A program made the position numbers and the translations under genes. Positions 9,785 through 19,263 of a stretch of 35,850 nucleotides of DNA are shown here, one piece after another. Source of the stretch: Promethearchaeota archaeon Loki_b31 (GTDB taxonomy: Archaea; Asgardarchaeota; Lokiarchaeia; Sigyniarchaeales; SOKP01); the NCBI GenBank assembly GCA_005222975.1, contig NJBI01000036.1, positions 1 through 35,850 of the forward strand, read 5' to 3'. Numbering within the stretch: position 1 is the stretch's first letter; every line of letters starts with the position of its first letter. The notes below the pieces were generated by a model that saw only the letters and a list, made by a program, of their open reading frames with translations, was not told the origin of the DNA and did no database searches.

Positions 9785-11098
9785 ATGATTTTTCAATTGG
9801 ATGATCCTTATATCATTTTAGTAGTAGCATTAGTCTTAACCTTTTTATTATATTTTGGTTTAGCTTTCATTATTTCAATTTTTATTATTAATTGGGATCC
9901 TCGATCCCAATTAGTTAGATTAAGATTCCCCCTATACATAATATCATCATTTACTAGTATTCTTTTTATCTTTATTCCACTACCCGATATTCTCTTAGGA
10001 AATTTTTGGATATATTTAATTATATACAGTTTAGTAGCTGCGATTGTTAGTTTTGCTGTTAAATATATTACATATAAAGTAGTTAGGATTGAAAAATTTA
10101 GTCAAATTAGTAATCTTGAAAGAACTATGAATCTTCTTGAGGTTAGAAATCTTAAGGTACATTATCCACTTTTAGGAGGAATTTTAAAAAGAAAAATAGG
10201 AGCAGTTAAAGCAGTTGATGGAGTTTCATTTGATGTAAAGTTTGGTGAAACAGTTGGGTTAGTGGGAGAAAGTGGGTGTGGAAAAACAACTATTGCAAAA
10301 GCAATACTAGGTTTAGTCGCAAAAACAGAAGGAGAAGTATTATTCCAAGATACGGCAATTCCTCGCAAATATTCATCTCCTTTAAGACAAAAGATTCAAA
10401 TGATTTTCCAAGACCCAGACGCCTCTTTGAATCCCCGTAAAAAAGTAGTTGACATTATAGCTGATCCTCTCAAAAATTTACTTGGTATAACTAATGAATT
10501 AGAAATTAGAAAAAGGGTTTTAAAATTGTTAAACCAAGTGTCGTTAAAACGAGAACATATGGATCGTTATCCTCACGAATTTTCAGGTGGACAAAAACAA
10601 AGAATTGTTATAGCTAGAGCATTAGCTTGCAATCCCGAGTTGATAATTTTAGATGAACCTACTTCAGCTCTTGATGTATCAGTACAAGCACAAATTCTTA
10701 ACCTTCTAAAAGATTTACAAGGAGAATATGGCTATGGCTTTTTGTTTATTACCCACAATTTAGCTGTTGTTTCCCATGTTGCTGATCGCATAGCTGTCAT
10801 GTATCTTGGTAAATTTGTAGAGGTTGGAAGTAATGATCAAATTTTTTCAAATCCAACTCATCCCTATACTCAAGCTCTCCTCGCCTCGCGCTCTGAAATC
10901 GATCCTTACAACCAAGAGATCAGCTTTGTTATCAAAGGTGAAGTCCCAAGTCCTATAGCACCACCACCTGGTTGTAGTTATAATCCACGATGTGTATCTG
11001 ACGCTCGTACAAAAGATTGTGAATTAAATCTTCCTCAAAAGATTAAAATCGAAGAAGACCACTTTATTTGGTGTAATAATCCACCAACATCTATGTAG
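9785..11098 (+). CDS. dppF: DppF-like ABC ATPase fused to an N-terminal membrane domain (about 3 TM helices)
   Basis: GESGCGKT, FSGGQKQR, LDEPTSALD, HPYT; the ATPase starts at M115 (ATG 10127), preceded by three hydrophobic helices. Confidence 0.9.
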   Translation: MIFQLDDPYIILVVALVLTFLLYFGLAFIISIFIINWDPRSQLVRLRFPLYIISSFTSILFIFIPLPDILLGNFWIYLIIYSLVAAIVSFAVKYITYKVVRIEKFSQISNLERTMNLLEVRNLKVHYPLLGGILKRKIGAVKAVDGVSFDVKFGETVGLVGESGCGKTTIAKAILGLVAKTEGEVLFQDTAIPRKYSSPLRQKIQMIFQDPDASLNPRKKVVDIIADPLKNLLGITNELEIRKRVLKLLNQVSLKREHMDRYPHEFSGGQKQRIVIARALACNPELIILDEPTSALDVSVQAQILNLLKDLQGEYGYGFLFITHNLAVVSHVADRIAVMYLGKFVEVGSNDQIFSNPTHPYTQALLASRSEIDPYNQEISFVIKGEVPSPIAPPPGCSYNPRCVSDARTKDCELNLPQKIKIEEDHFIWCNNPPTSM

Positions 11099-11273
11099 TT
11101 AAAAAAAAATCTTTTAAAGAGAATTTATTGAACGAGTAAATAAAAATATATTTCTTGTTAATTTAGTATAAAACTTAAAGTAATTTTGAAGTCAGTATTG
11201 TATTAAGTCTTAAGCTAAGGGTGTTAATGTTGAATATATTTGTAACTCATTTTGGTGAAAATTAATTGTCTGT

Positions 11274-11333
11274 AGAAAAATTTAAATATTTAATAATAGA
11301 TAGTTTTAAATAAATTTACTCCGTAAATTTATT
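11274..11333 (+). promoter_or_regulatory. BRE/TATA promoter plus perfect palindromic operator upstream of the GRE
   Basis: AGAAAAA then TTTAAATA (11281-11288); AATAAATTTAC-TCC-GTAAATTTATT at 11309-11333 is a perfect 11-3-11 inverted repeat over the expected transcription start. Confidence 0.75.
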
Positions 11334-11357
11334 AATAACCAATACAATTGTTGAATT

Positions 11358-13805
11358 ATGGTAGTCCAAGATTTGAAAATGACTCCTCTTCAAGGGATAC
11401 CTTCAGAGAGAGTTCGAATGATTAGAGATATAATGCTCTCAATGCCTAGAGAACTTGATCTTGAGCGAGCTCGGTGTTATACAAGAATATATAAACAAAT
11501 GGAAGATGCTCCTCCATGTATGAAAAATGTGAAAGCATTAGAGGAATTTTTACGATGTCTTCCAATAAGAATTGATGAGCATGAGCTTCTCGTAGGCGTA
11601 AAATCTAGTAAAGTAAGAGCTGATCCAATTGAAATTGAACGTGGAATGCGTGTTAAACTTTTAGGGTTTGTTGTTGACGAGTCAATAAATCAAAAATTAA
11701 AAGAAATGATTATTTCAAAAATTTCTTTTATTAACCGGTATGTTCCCTTAACAGAAGAAGAACTTGATGAGTTGAGGAACGAAATTCTGCCCTACTGGAA
11801 AGGAAGAACAGTCGCAGATCGAAAGGTAGAAGCTTATAAAGAGGCAGGTTTATATGAGGAACCGAAGGGAGCTATAGGTGCAATGCCACTCGTTAGTTTT
11901 GGGAGCGGCACTGATATGTTTGCAGGTGCTATGGGTCAAGGACATGTCATACCAGGTTATAGACGAGTACTTAAAATGGGATTTAGAGGAATCGAAAAGA
12001 TGGCGGAAGAAGGTCTTGCAAATCTTAAGGAAACAGATGAAAAATATGACCAACGCAAGGATTTTTATGAATCAGTCGTAGTAGCCGCAAACGCCGTCTG
12101 TGATTATTCCAATCGATATGCTGATCTCGCAATGGAAATGGCGGAAACTGCATCAGAAACAAGAAAAGCTGAACTTCTTGAAATTGCCGAACATGCAAGA
12201 CGAGTACCAGCACTTCCACCTAGAACATTTATGGAAGCACTTCAGTCAGTATGGATGACGAACGTCGTTATGGAAATGAGTTATGGTGAAGGAAACATAT
12301 TTTCTCAAGGACGGGTGGACCAATATCTTTACCCATATTACACAACCGATTTAGCAGAAGGTCGAATTACTTATGAGGAAGCTATAGAAGCAATTGAGGA
12401 ATATTTAGTTAAACTTTCTTCTGTTGTTATAGCTGGACAGAACAATATAACTATTGGAGGACTAGATAAGGATGGAAATGATGCCACTAATGACGTATCT
12501 TATATGTTTCTCGAAGCTATTGCAAATGTAAAAAGTTTATTGAATACCTTATCGATCCGAATCTCCCCCAAGTCACCCCGTGATTTTTTGAAAAGAACTC
12601 TTGAAGCTTATAAATATACGGCCGGAATGGGAATTCATAATGATGAGGTTTTAGTACCACAACTTCATAATACAGGATATTCATTAGAAGATGCCCGAGA
12701 TTATTCAATCGTCGGTTGTGTAGAACCACATGGTACAGGGAATGACTTCTCTTATACTGCAGGTAATGCTGTTCAGATTTCAATCATTCTTAATATGGCA
12801 TTAAATGAGGGCCGTACTATTTTATCAGGAAATAAAACCCTTGGGGCAAAAACACCCCCAGCAAAAGATTTTAAATCTTTTGAAGATGTAAAGAAGGCTT
12901 TTGTAGACCAACTTAAATTTTCAATAGACCTCTGTGTGAAAAAGGCTGAGATAAAGGATAAAACGTTTGCTGAGTATTTACCTTCCCCGTTGCTTTCTTC
13001 TTCAATAGAAGGATGTCTCGAAAGCGGAATGGACGCAACTCGAAATGGAGCTAAATACAACAATAACCCCATGGGCTCGCAAGGGCTTGCAACAGTTACT
13101 AATTCCTTAGCAGCAATTCGCTGGGCAGTATTTGAAGAGAAATTAGTATCCATGGAAGAATTAGTTAACCATATGAATAATAATTTCAAGGGGGCTGAAG
13201 AACTTCGAGAAAAATTACGAAATAAAGCTCCTAAATATGGTAATGGTGATGAAAGCACTGACGAAATTGCATTATGGGTGGCAAATACTTTATGTGATAT
13301 TACAAGAAAATATAAAGCGAGAGGCGGTGATGGTATATATCATAATTGCCTTGTATCTTCTGGAACTCAGATTATAGAAGGTAAAATGTTAGGGGCAACT
13401 GCAGATGGAAGATTAAAAGGCGAACCCGTGGCGAACGGTATTTCTCCTGCAAATGGGACAGAAACGAATGGTCTTACCATGGCACTCCGATCAGTAGCAT
13501 ATGCAACAGCTGAACCTCATCTAACTAATGGCGCATCAATGAATGTTAGACTCAATCCTAGTATAATGCAAACAGACGAGGGACTCGATCAATTAACATC
13601 TATAGTAGAGGCGTATTTAGATTTAGGAGGTCGAGAGCTTCAAATAAATCCAATAAGCTCAGAAACCCTTAGGGACGCACAAGCTCATCCAGAAAATTAT
13701 CCTGACTTATCCGTTAAAGTCACAGGCTATTCTGCTCGATTCATAGATTTAACAAAAGAGCTTCAGGATGATATTATCGCAAGAACAGTTTTCAATGAAT
13801 TATAA
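11358..13805 (+). CDS. Glycyl radical enzyme (PFL2/eliminase-like), substrate unknown, 815 aa
   Basis: Single-Cys loop VGCVEP (C454); Gly loop VKVTGYSARF (G790); GRVDQYLYPYY; KAPKYGN; GATADGRLKGEP; Q.DIIART C-terminus. Confidence 0.93.
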   Translation: MVVQDLKMTPLQGIPSERVRMIRDIMLSMPRELDLERARCYTRIYKQMEDAPPCMKNVKALEEFLRCLPIRIDEHELLVGVKSSKVRADPIEIERGMRVKLLGFVVDESINQKLKEMIISKISFINRYVPLTEEELDELRNEILPYWKGRTVADRKVEAYKEAGLYEEPKGAIGAMPLVSFGSGTDMFAGAMGQGHVIPGYRRVLKMGFRGIEKMAEEGLANLKETDEKYDQRKDFYESVVVAANAVCDYSNRYADLAMEMAETASETRKAELLEIAEHARRVPALPPRTFMEALQSVWMTNVVMEMSYGEGNIFSQGRVDQYLYPYYTTDLAEGRITYEEAIEAIEEYLVKLSSVVIAGQNNITIGGLDKDGNDATNDVSYMFLEAIANVKSLLNTLSIRISPKSPRDFLKRTLEAYKYTAGMGIHNDEVLVPQLHNTGYSLEDARDYSIVGCVEPHGTGNDFSYTAGNAVQISIILNMALNEGRTILSGNKTLGAKTPPAKDFKSFEDVKKAFVDQLKFSIDLCVKKAEIKDKTFAEYLPSPLLSSSIEGCLESGMDATRNGAKYNNNPMGSQGLATVTNSLAAIRWAVFEEKLVSMEELVNHMNNNFKGAEELREKLRNKAPKYGNGDESTDEIALWVANTLCDITRKYKARGGDGIYHNCLVSSGTQIIEGKMLGATADGRLKGEPVANGISPANGTETNGLTMALRSVAYATAEPHLTNGASMNVRLNPSIMQTDEGLDQLTSIVEAYLDLGGRELQINPISSETLRDAQAHPENYPDLSVKVTGYSARFIDLTKELQDDIIARTVFNEL

Positions 13806-13948
13806 ATTTTAATATATCATTCTTTTTATTTTTTAAATTTGATTTTCCCTTCTTAGCTTCAATTTTTAAAACTAGTAAAGATATATTTGGTTACGATATT
13901 TTTGTATAAAAATTAAGAAAAATAGTATCTTGTTATCGTTATCTGAAC

Positions 13949-14902
13949 CTAACGAGTTAAACCCGACCACTTAACATTCTTAACCCCAGTAGCTTTAGCA
14001 ATTTCAATAAAATTTTCCATCTCTTCTTTTGTCATTAATGGCTCATCTTTTAAAGACCATGACTTACCTAATTGTGTATATTTAATATCACAGAGTTTAT
14101 TAAAACTTAATAAATCCCATTTATCAGGTATATTATTTAATTCATTTACAATGAATTCTCCAATGCCTTGAACATTCTCTTCCGTGGCAGTATAGTTTGG
14201 AATTAAGGGTGTCCTTATCCATATAATTTTCTTATTTTCCTTGATATATTTAGAAATCCATTTGGCGTTTTCTAAGATTGTTTTATTTGAAACGCCTGTG
14301 TATTCTTTATGTTTTTCAGGATCAATCTCTTTGATATCTAACAACACTATATCAAGGTAGGGTAATAAATCTTGATACACTTTTTTACTTGAAATTCCGC
14401 ACGTATCTAAAGCCGTAGAAATACCATTTTCCTTGCATAATTTCAAAATTTTCAAGAGAAAATCTGGTTGTAAAGTAGGTTCACCACCAGAAACGGTTAT
14501 ACCTCCTTTTGCTTTATTAAAGAATATTTTTTCTTTTTCTATTTCGTGAAAAAGTTCTTCTACATCCCACCATTTTCCATGCATGTTTAATGCCGTACTA
14601 GGACACGCTTCTACGCAATCTCCACAACTAGTACATCTTTCTCTATTAATGTGTAATCCATCATCTTCAAAAAGTAAAACATCCTCTTGGCAAGCATCTA
14701 TACAACTATTACATCCAATGCATTTACGTTCTATCCAATAAAGTTGAGGCTTTTTTGGAATTGATTCTGGATTGTGACACCAAACGCAATTTAAAAGGCA
14801 GCTATTAAAAAAAATTGTTGTACGCACTCCAGGACCATCGTCAGTAGCCATTCTCTCCAATTTAAAGATTAATCCTTTAGATGTTGACTCTATATTAAAC
14901 AC
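13949..14902 (-). CDS. Glycyl-radical activating enzyme (radical SAM with ferredoxin insert), copy 1
   Basis: DGPGVRT; CLLNCVWCHNPE (CX3CX2C); two CX2CX2CX3C motifs; GGITVSGGEP; ALDTCG. Confidence 0.93.
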   Translation of the reverse strand: MFNIESTSKGLIFKLERMATDDGPGVRTTIFFNSCLLNCVWCHNPESIPKKPQLYWIERKCIGCNSCIDACQEDVLLFEDDGLHINRERCTSCGDCVEACPSTALNMHGKWWDVEELFHEIEKEKIFFNKAKGGITVSGGEPTLQPDFLLKILKLCKENGISTALDTCGISSKKVYQDLLPYLDIVLLDIKEIDPEKHKEYTGVSNKTILENAKWISKYIKENKKIIWIRTPLIPNYTATEENVQGIGEFIVNELNNIPDKWDLLSFNKLCDIKYTQLGKSWSLKDEPLMTKEEMENFIEIAKATGVKNVKWSGLTR

Positions 14903-14999
14903 TTTTGTTTGTTTTAAATATATAAATAGTAAAATTAAGGAATTTTTAAAAAGATTTTTAATAGCTGTTGGCTATTTATTGATATTTTTTTATTCCGAT

Positions 15000-16883
15000 T
15001 TACGAAATTATCTCTAAATCTTTCAATTTTTCTTTCGACGGTCTTCCAGTTTCCCAATCCCATCCCCGAATATTATAATATTTCCTCAAATTATCTTCTA
15101 AATCGAGTTTTACATTTTTTAATCTTCCTGATGATAGTATTTTCATATTGTGATTGGGTAATTTATCGTCTTTCCTTGAAATTCCTAGTTTACAACTAAT
15201 TAAACGTTTCAAATTGTTTATTCGTTCGCCAACCTTTATTAGTGATTTTCGATCGTAATTAAAACCTGTTGCAGCATTTATATAGCCAATAATATGTTCG
15301 AATTTAGGGGTTGCAAAATTGCAATTCACTGCCGAATCATCAATAGCCCTCAAGTCTTGAAGATTTACGACTCCTTTTTCTCGTCCCGTTATATCAAATC
15401 TGTTTTTACTTCGTTTAATATGGAGAATTCTATTGTTAATTGTTCCCGATTCCGCTGAATACCAGTCACATTTGTTATGGTTTGCCCCAACACATCCTGT
15501 CATATAACTTAATGCTTGACCGGCAAATGCTCTAGGGTCATGCATAGGGATTTCTAAGCCTTTTACATGTGCCGCTAATTCAGGATCCACTTCAAACTTC
15601 AAAGCCATAACTCTCACGCCTTCTGCAAGAACATCCCCGATACCTTCCCTCTGGCCTATTTTTTCAATAAGTTTGCAAACAAGTTCTCCATTTCCCCACT
15701 TAATATCTTCCACAGGAATATCATTCAAAAATTCCTTTATTTTGTTGACACCTAAATTGTTTTCAACTAAATAAATTAGAAAAGCAATTGAAACTCCACA
15801 AGAAATAGTATCGATACCAAATTTATTACAAAGATGGTTTGCAAGAACTACTGGTTTTGAATCAAAAACACCACATAAACTACCTAATGCTGCAACAGAT
15901 TCATATTCTGGTCCATCGCTTTCAATTTGAACCTCCCCTGTGCTAATAACTGTTGATTTACCACACTTTATCATACAACCTGCACACCCATAACTGAACA
16001 TGGGATATTCTTCTCTCAGAGTTTTCCCTGTTAAATTCTCGGCAATAAATTCCGTTTCTGTAAAGTAATATCCTGGAGTATCACCATTAACCATCCCTAG
16101 ATCGAGATACATATTAGTACCATATAAATTAAAAAGTAAGGTTCCGACTTCTCCCATCGGGTTTGCTTCCCTTTCAAGTTGTGCTTCCTTTCTTAATGTT
16201 TTCCCTAGCTCGTTATCTGCTAGATTAATCTTTTCTATTCCATGTACTACTAATGCTTTTAAATTCTTTGAACCCATAAGAGCTCCTAACCCACACCTAC
16301 CAACTACTCTCCCTTCATCATTCAATATAGCGCTATATTTAACAAGATTTTCTCCCCCTGGGCCAATACAAGCTATCCGAATGTTTGGAACATTTATTTC
16401 ATCTTTAATTAGTTTTTGGGTCTCGTAGCAATCTTTACCGTGATATTTTGAAGCATCCTTAAACTCTATTTTTCCATCGCGGATAAATACATAGCTTAAT
16501 TTACTTGACTTTCCTAAGAAAATAACAGCATCAAATCCACTATTTCTCAATGCGATACAAAACAAACCACCCGAAGATCCCTCACCCCAAATACCAGTTA
16601 AAGGTGATATCCCGCTCACGGTATAGCGACCTGAATTTGGGCGAATAGTACCTGTTATAGGACCAGTAGCAAAAATTAAAGGATTAATTTCTGCGTATGG
16701 ATTTTCTCTCAATATATTGTAGTCTTCTTCTGAGAGGAGATCGTACGTTAATTTAGCGCTTAATCCTGTACCCCCTAAATATTTTTGAGCAATTTTAGGA
16801 TCTAAATCTTTTATTTCAAAACTTTCTCTGCCTAAATCTACAAAGAGGATTTTACCATTATAACCAAATAATTTATCGTTCAT
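15000..16883 (-). CDS. Tungsten-type aldehyde:ferredoxin oxidoreductase family protein
   Basis: GYNGKIL.VDL; SPLTG; GRCGLGALMGSKNLK; CAGCMIKC; GPEYES; GIDTIS; VKGLEIPMHDPR; YYNIRGWD. Confidence 0.93.
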   Translation of the reverse strand: MNDKLFGYNGKILFVDLGRESFEIKDLDPKIAQKYLGGTGLSAKLTYDLLSEEDYNILRENPYAEINPLIFATGPITGTIRPNSGRYTVSGISPLTGIWGEGSSGGLFCIALRNSGFDAVIFLGKSSKLSYVFIRDGKIEFKDASKYHGKDCYETQKLIKDEINVPNIRIACIGPGGENLVKYSAILNDEGRVVGRCGLGALMGSKNLKALVVHGIEKINLADNELGKTLRKEAQLEREANPMGEVGTLLFNLYGTNMYLDLGMVNGDTPGYYFTETEFIAENLTGKTLREEYPMFSYGCAGCMIKCGKSTVISTGEVQIESDGPEYESVAALGSLCGVFDSKPVVLANHLCNKFGIDTISCGVSIAFLIYLVENNLGVNKIKEFLNDIPVEDIKWGNGELVCKLIEKIGQREGIGDVLAEGVRVMALKFEVDPELAAHVKGLEIPMHDPRAFAGQALSYMTGCVGANHNKCDWYSAESGTINNRILHIKRSKNRFDITGREKGVVNLQDLRAIDDSAVNCNFATPKFEHIIGYINAATGFNYDRKSLIKVGERINNLKRLISCKLGISRKDDKLPNHNMKILSSGRLKNVKLDLEDNLRKYYNIRGWDWETGRPSKEKLKDLEIIS

Positions 16884-16906
16884 TTTTCTAAATCACTCCA
16901 AATAAT

Positions 16907-18202
16907 TTAAAAATCAATGGTTTTACCATCCCAAGCATATTCAAATATTCTTTTTATAACTTCGCTATCGATATAACGAGTAACCATAAAAGCTACAGGA
17001 TCTGTTTCAGCGTAATTTACCAAGAGATCGAGATTTTTATAGTAGTCTTCTTCAGTAATGACTGGATTCTTTATTTCTTTTACACATACTGGACCATCTA
17101 TTGAATGTATGAACTCTTTAATACTATGAAGAAATTCAGTAAATAACTCATCATTATCTTTATTTTTAGTATCAATTGCAAAAATTGGACATAAATCTTT
17201 CCATCTTTCTGAAATTTTCATTTGGAAAGCAATCGTATACGGTAGAAACATCCCGACACAAAGTCCATGATGAACATTGAGTACTTTACCTAAACTATGA
17301 CCTAAGGCATGATCTATTCCAACACGGGAGTGAATAAATCCAAGTCCAGCCATACTCGCTGCTATTTGCATATGTGCTCTAGCTTCTATATCTTTGGCTC
17401 CATATTTAACTGCACGAGGTAAATATTTTATTATTTCTTTAATGGCGTATATGTTCATTGCATCCGCAAATGGAGTTCCTATATTTGATACATAAGATCC
17501 TGCTGCGTGAGCCAATGCATCAAGTCCTGTAGCCATGGTTAAAAATGGCGGCATATCTTTTACAAAATCTGTAATTAAAACTGCATAATCAGGAATCAAC
17601 TCTGGATGAGAGACGGTAAATTTTTTCGGAGGATCACGAGATATATCAGTTAGCATTGAAGCGAGGGTAACTTCAGATCCAGTTCCTGATGTTGTTGGAA
17701 TAGCAACAAAATATTTAATTTTTTTCCTCAAACCAAGAGGCTCTAAAGCTGACACCATGAATAGATTTGTTTCAGGTTTCTCGTATTTAATCATTAAAGC
17801 TTTTGTAGTGTCAAGTACACTCCCTCCACCAATTGCTACAAATACTCTAGGTTTAAAATCCTCGCATATTTTTACTGCTTCATCAATAGTATCAATTGGT
17901 ACCTCTTGCTTCACTCCAGACCATACTCTTGAATCTATATTTATTTTACCAAGTATATTACTTATCGGGCTAGCAAACTTTTCAGTAAAATCATCAGTTA
18001 TTATTAAAACTCTTCTTTCTCCTTCTTCAAGATTACCATCTAAGTAATTCTTTATCCTGTTTAATGCTGTCATTCCAAATATAACCTGTGGTGATCGAAA
18101 AGCCGTTAATAATCCGCCAGGTGCTCTTCCTTTCAATAAATTCATGAGAGCTCTTATTTGCTCACTTATTTGATCAGGGTTTTGTTCAGTTTTATTTTCC
18201 AA
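16907..18202 (-). CDS. Iron-containing alcohol dehydrogenase
   Basis: GGGSVLDTTK; IPTTSGTGSEVT; GLDALAH; HALGH..HHG metal ligands; TTG start with GGTGA RBS. Confidence 0.92.
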   Translation of the reverse strand: MENKTEQNPDQISEQIRALMNLLKGRAPGGLLTAFRSPQVIFGMTALNRIKNYLDGNLEEGERRVLIITDDFTEKFASPISNILGKINIDSRVWSGVKQEVPIDTIDEAVKICEDFKPRVFVAIGGGSVLDTTKALMIKYEKPETNLFMVSALEPLGLRKKIKYFVAIPTTSGTGSEVTLASMLTDISRDPPKKFTVSHPELIPDYAVLITDFVKDMPPFLTMATGLDALAHAAGSYVSNIGTPFADAMNIYAIKEIIKYLPRAVKYGAKDIEARAHMQIAASMAGLGFIHSRVGIDHALGHSLGKVLNVHHGLCVGMFLPYTIAFQMKISERWKDLCPIFAIDTKNKDNDELFTEFLHSIKEFIHSIDGPVCVKEIKNPVITEEDYYKNLDLLVNYAETDPVAFMVTRYIDSEVIKRIFEYAWDGKTIDF

Positions 18203-18366
18203 ATAAAATCACCATTTAATTTATAGTATTATTTTTTATAAATATATAATAATTTAACTTTTTTAAAAAATTTTAATAGCTATAGTCTATTTATTTTAAT
18301 TTGTGCTAATACCATAAAAACGGAATGTAATTATTGTAATGATAAAAAGAATGTAATCTTTTTAAA

Positions 18367-18398
18367 TTATATAAATGCATTTACAACGCAAATATTAG
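18367..18398 (+). promoter_or_regulatory. TetR promoter TATA with degenerate operator
   Basis: TTATATAA (18367-18374) immediately followed by AATGCATTTAC-AAC-GCAAAT, a degenerate version of the 11309-11333 palindrome. Confidence 0.5.
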
Positions 18399-18427
18399 GA
18401 ATTTAATTAATTAAAGTTGTTGGATTT

Positions 18428-19171
18428 GTGAAAACAATGGTGGAGCAAAAGCAAGTTAAAAATATAACAAAAAAAACAAGAAGTCGATCACCCGAAAAAA
18501 AAGCTCAGCAATTTGAAAAAATTCTGGAGGTAGGAAAGCAGTTATTTCAAGAACATGGAAGAGATGGTTTCTCTCTCTCTCGATTAGCAAAACAGTTAGA
18601 TATGAATAAAAATAATTTATATAATTATATCGAAAGTAAAAGAGAATTATGGATTGCAATAAGAAAGAAATTTTATGAACAATATCGAAATGAGAACCGT
18701 AAAATCATAAAAGAATCTAGTGAGTCCAATATCGATACATTAATCAGACTTTTTACACACTTTTTTGAGTTTGCAGAAAATGATTATGCGGCTTTCCGAA
18801 TGATGCACATTATACTCTCTCCGCCATCGGATAAAATTGGTCCTTTTGAAAAAGAATATAAACAATTTAGCTTTTTAGATGGAACTACTCGTTTAATTCA
18901 AAAAGCAATTGATAACGGAGAGATTAAAGAAAAAAACGCTGCGTTACTCTCATTCTTTATGTTTAGCCTATTACTTGGAGCCACTATGATAGAAAAAGCT
19001 ATGCGAGATATTAAAGAGGTAAATAATAAAGACGGAAAGGAAGTAGAGGAGCGGACACAATTTGGAAGTCAAAAATTTACAAGCAAGGAATTCCGGAAAT
19101 ATACATTACAAAAGATTCAAAAGGGATTTACTGCTCCCAATATGGCAGTAAATGAATTTGAATATAAATAA
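18428..19171 (+). CDS. TetR/AcrR-family transcriptional regulator
   Basis: KILEVGKQLFQEHGRDGFSLSRLAKQLDMNKNNLYNYIESKREL helix-turn-helix; LIQKAIDNGEI C-terminal domain motif. Confidence 0.9.
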   Translation: MKTMVEQKQVKNITKKTRSRSPEKKAQQFEKILEVGKQLFQEHGRDGFSLSRLAKQLDMNKNNLYNYIESKRELWIAIRKKFYEQYRNENRKIIKESSESNIDTLIRLFTHFFEFAENDYAAFRMMHIILSPPSDKIGPFEKEYKQFSFLDGTTRLIQKAIDNGEIKEKNAALLSFFMFSLLLGATMIEKAMRDIKEVNNKDGKEVEERTQFGSQKFTSKEFRKYTLQKIQKGFTAPNMAVNEFEYK

Positions 19172-19263
19172 AATCAGTTATAATTATTTTTTAAATTTCT
19201 CAGGTTTCTTTTTGTTTATAAATTTAAATATAATTTATTTTAACAATTTAAAGATGGTATTGA

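Noticed and set aside
11358-13805. Calling the GRE pyruvate formate-lyase, CutC or a fumarate-adding alkyl/benzylsuccinate synthase
   Set aside because: No Cys-Cys pair; CutC-diagnostic residues incomplete; GCVE loop is eliminase-like and no small subunit genes are present.
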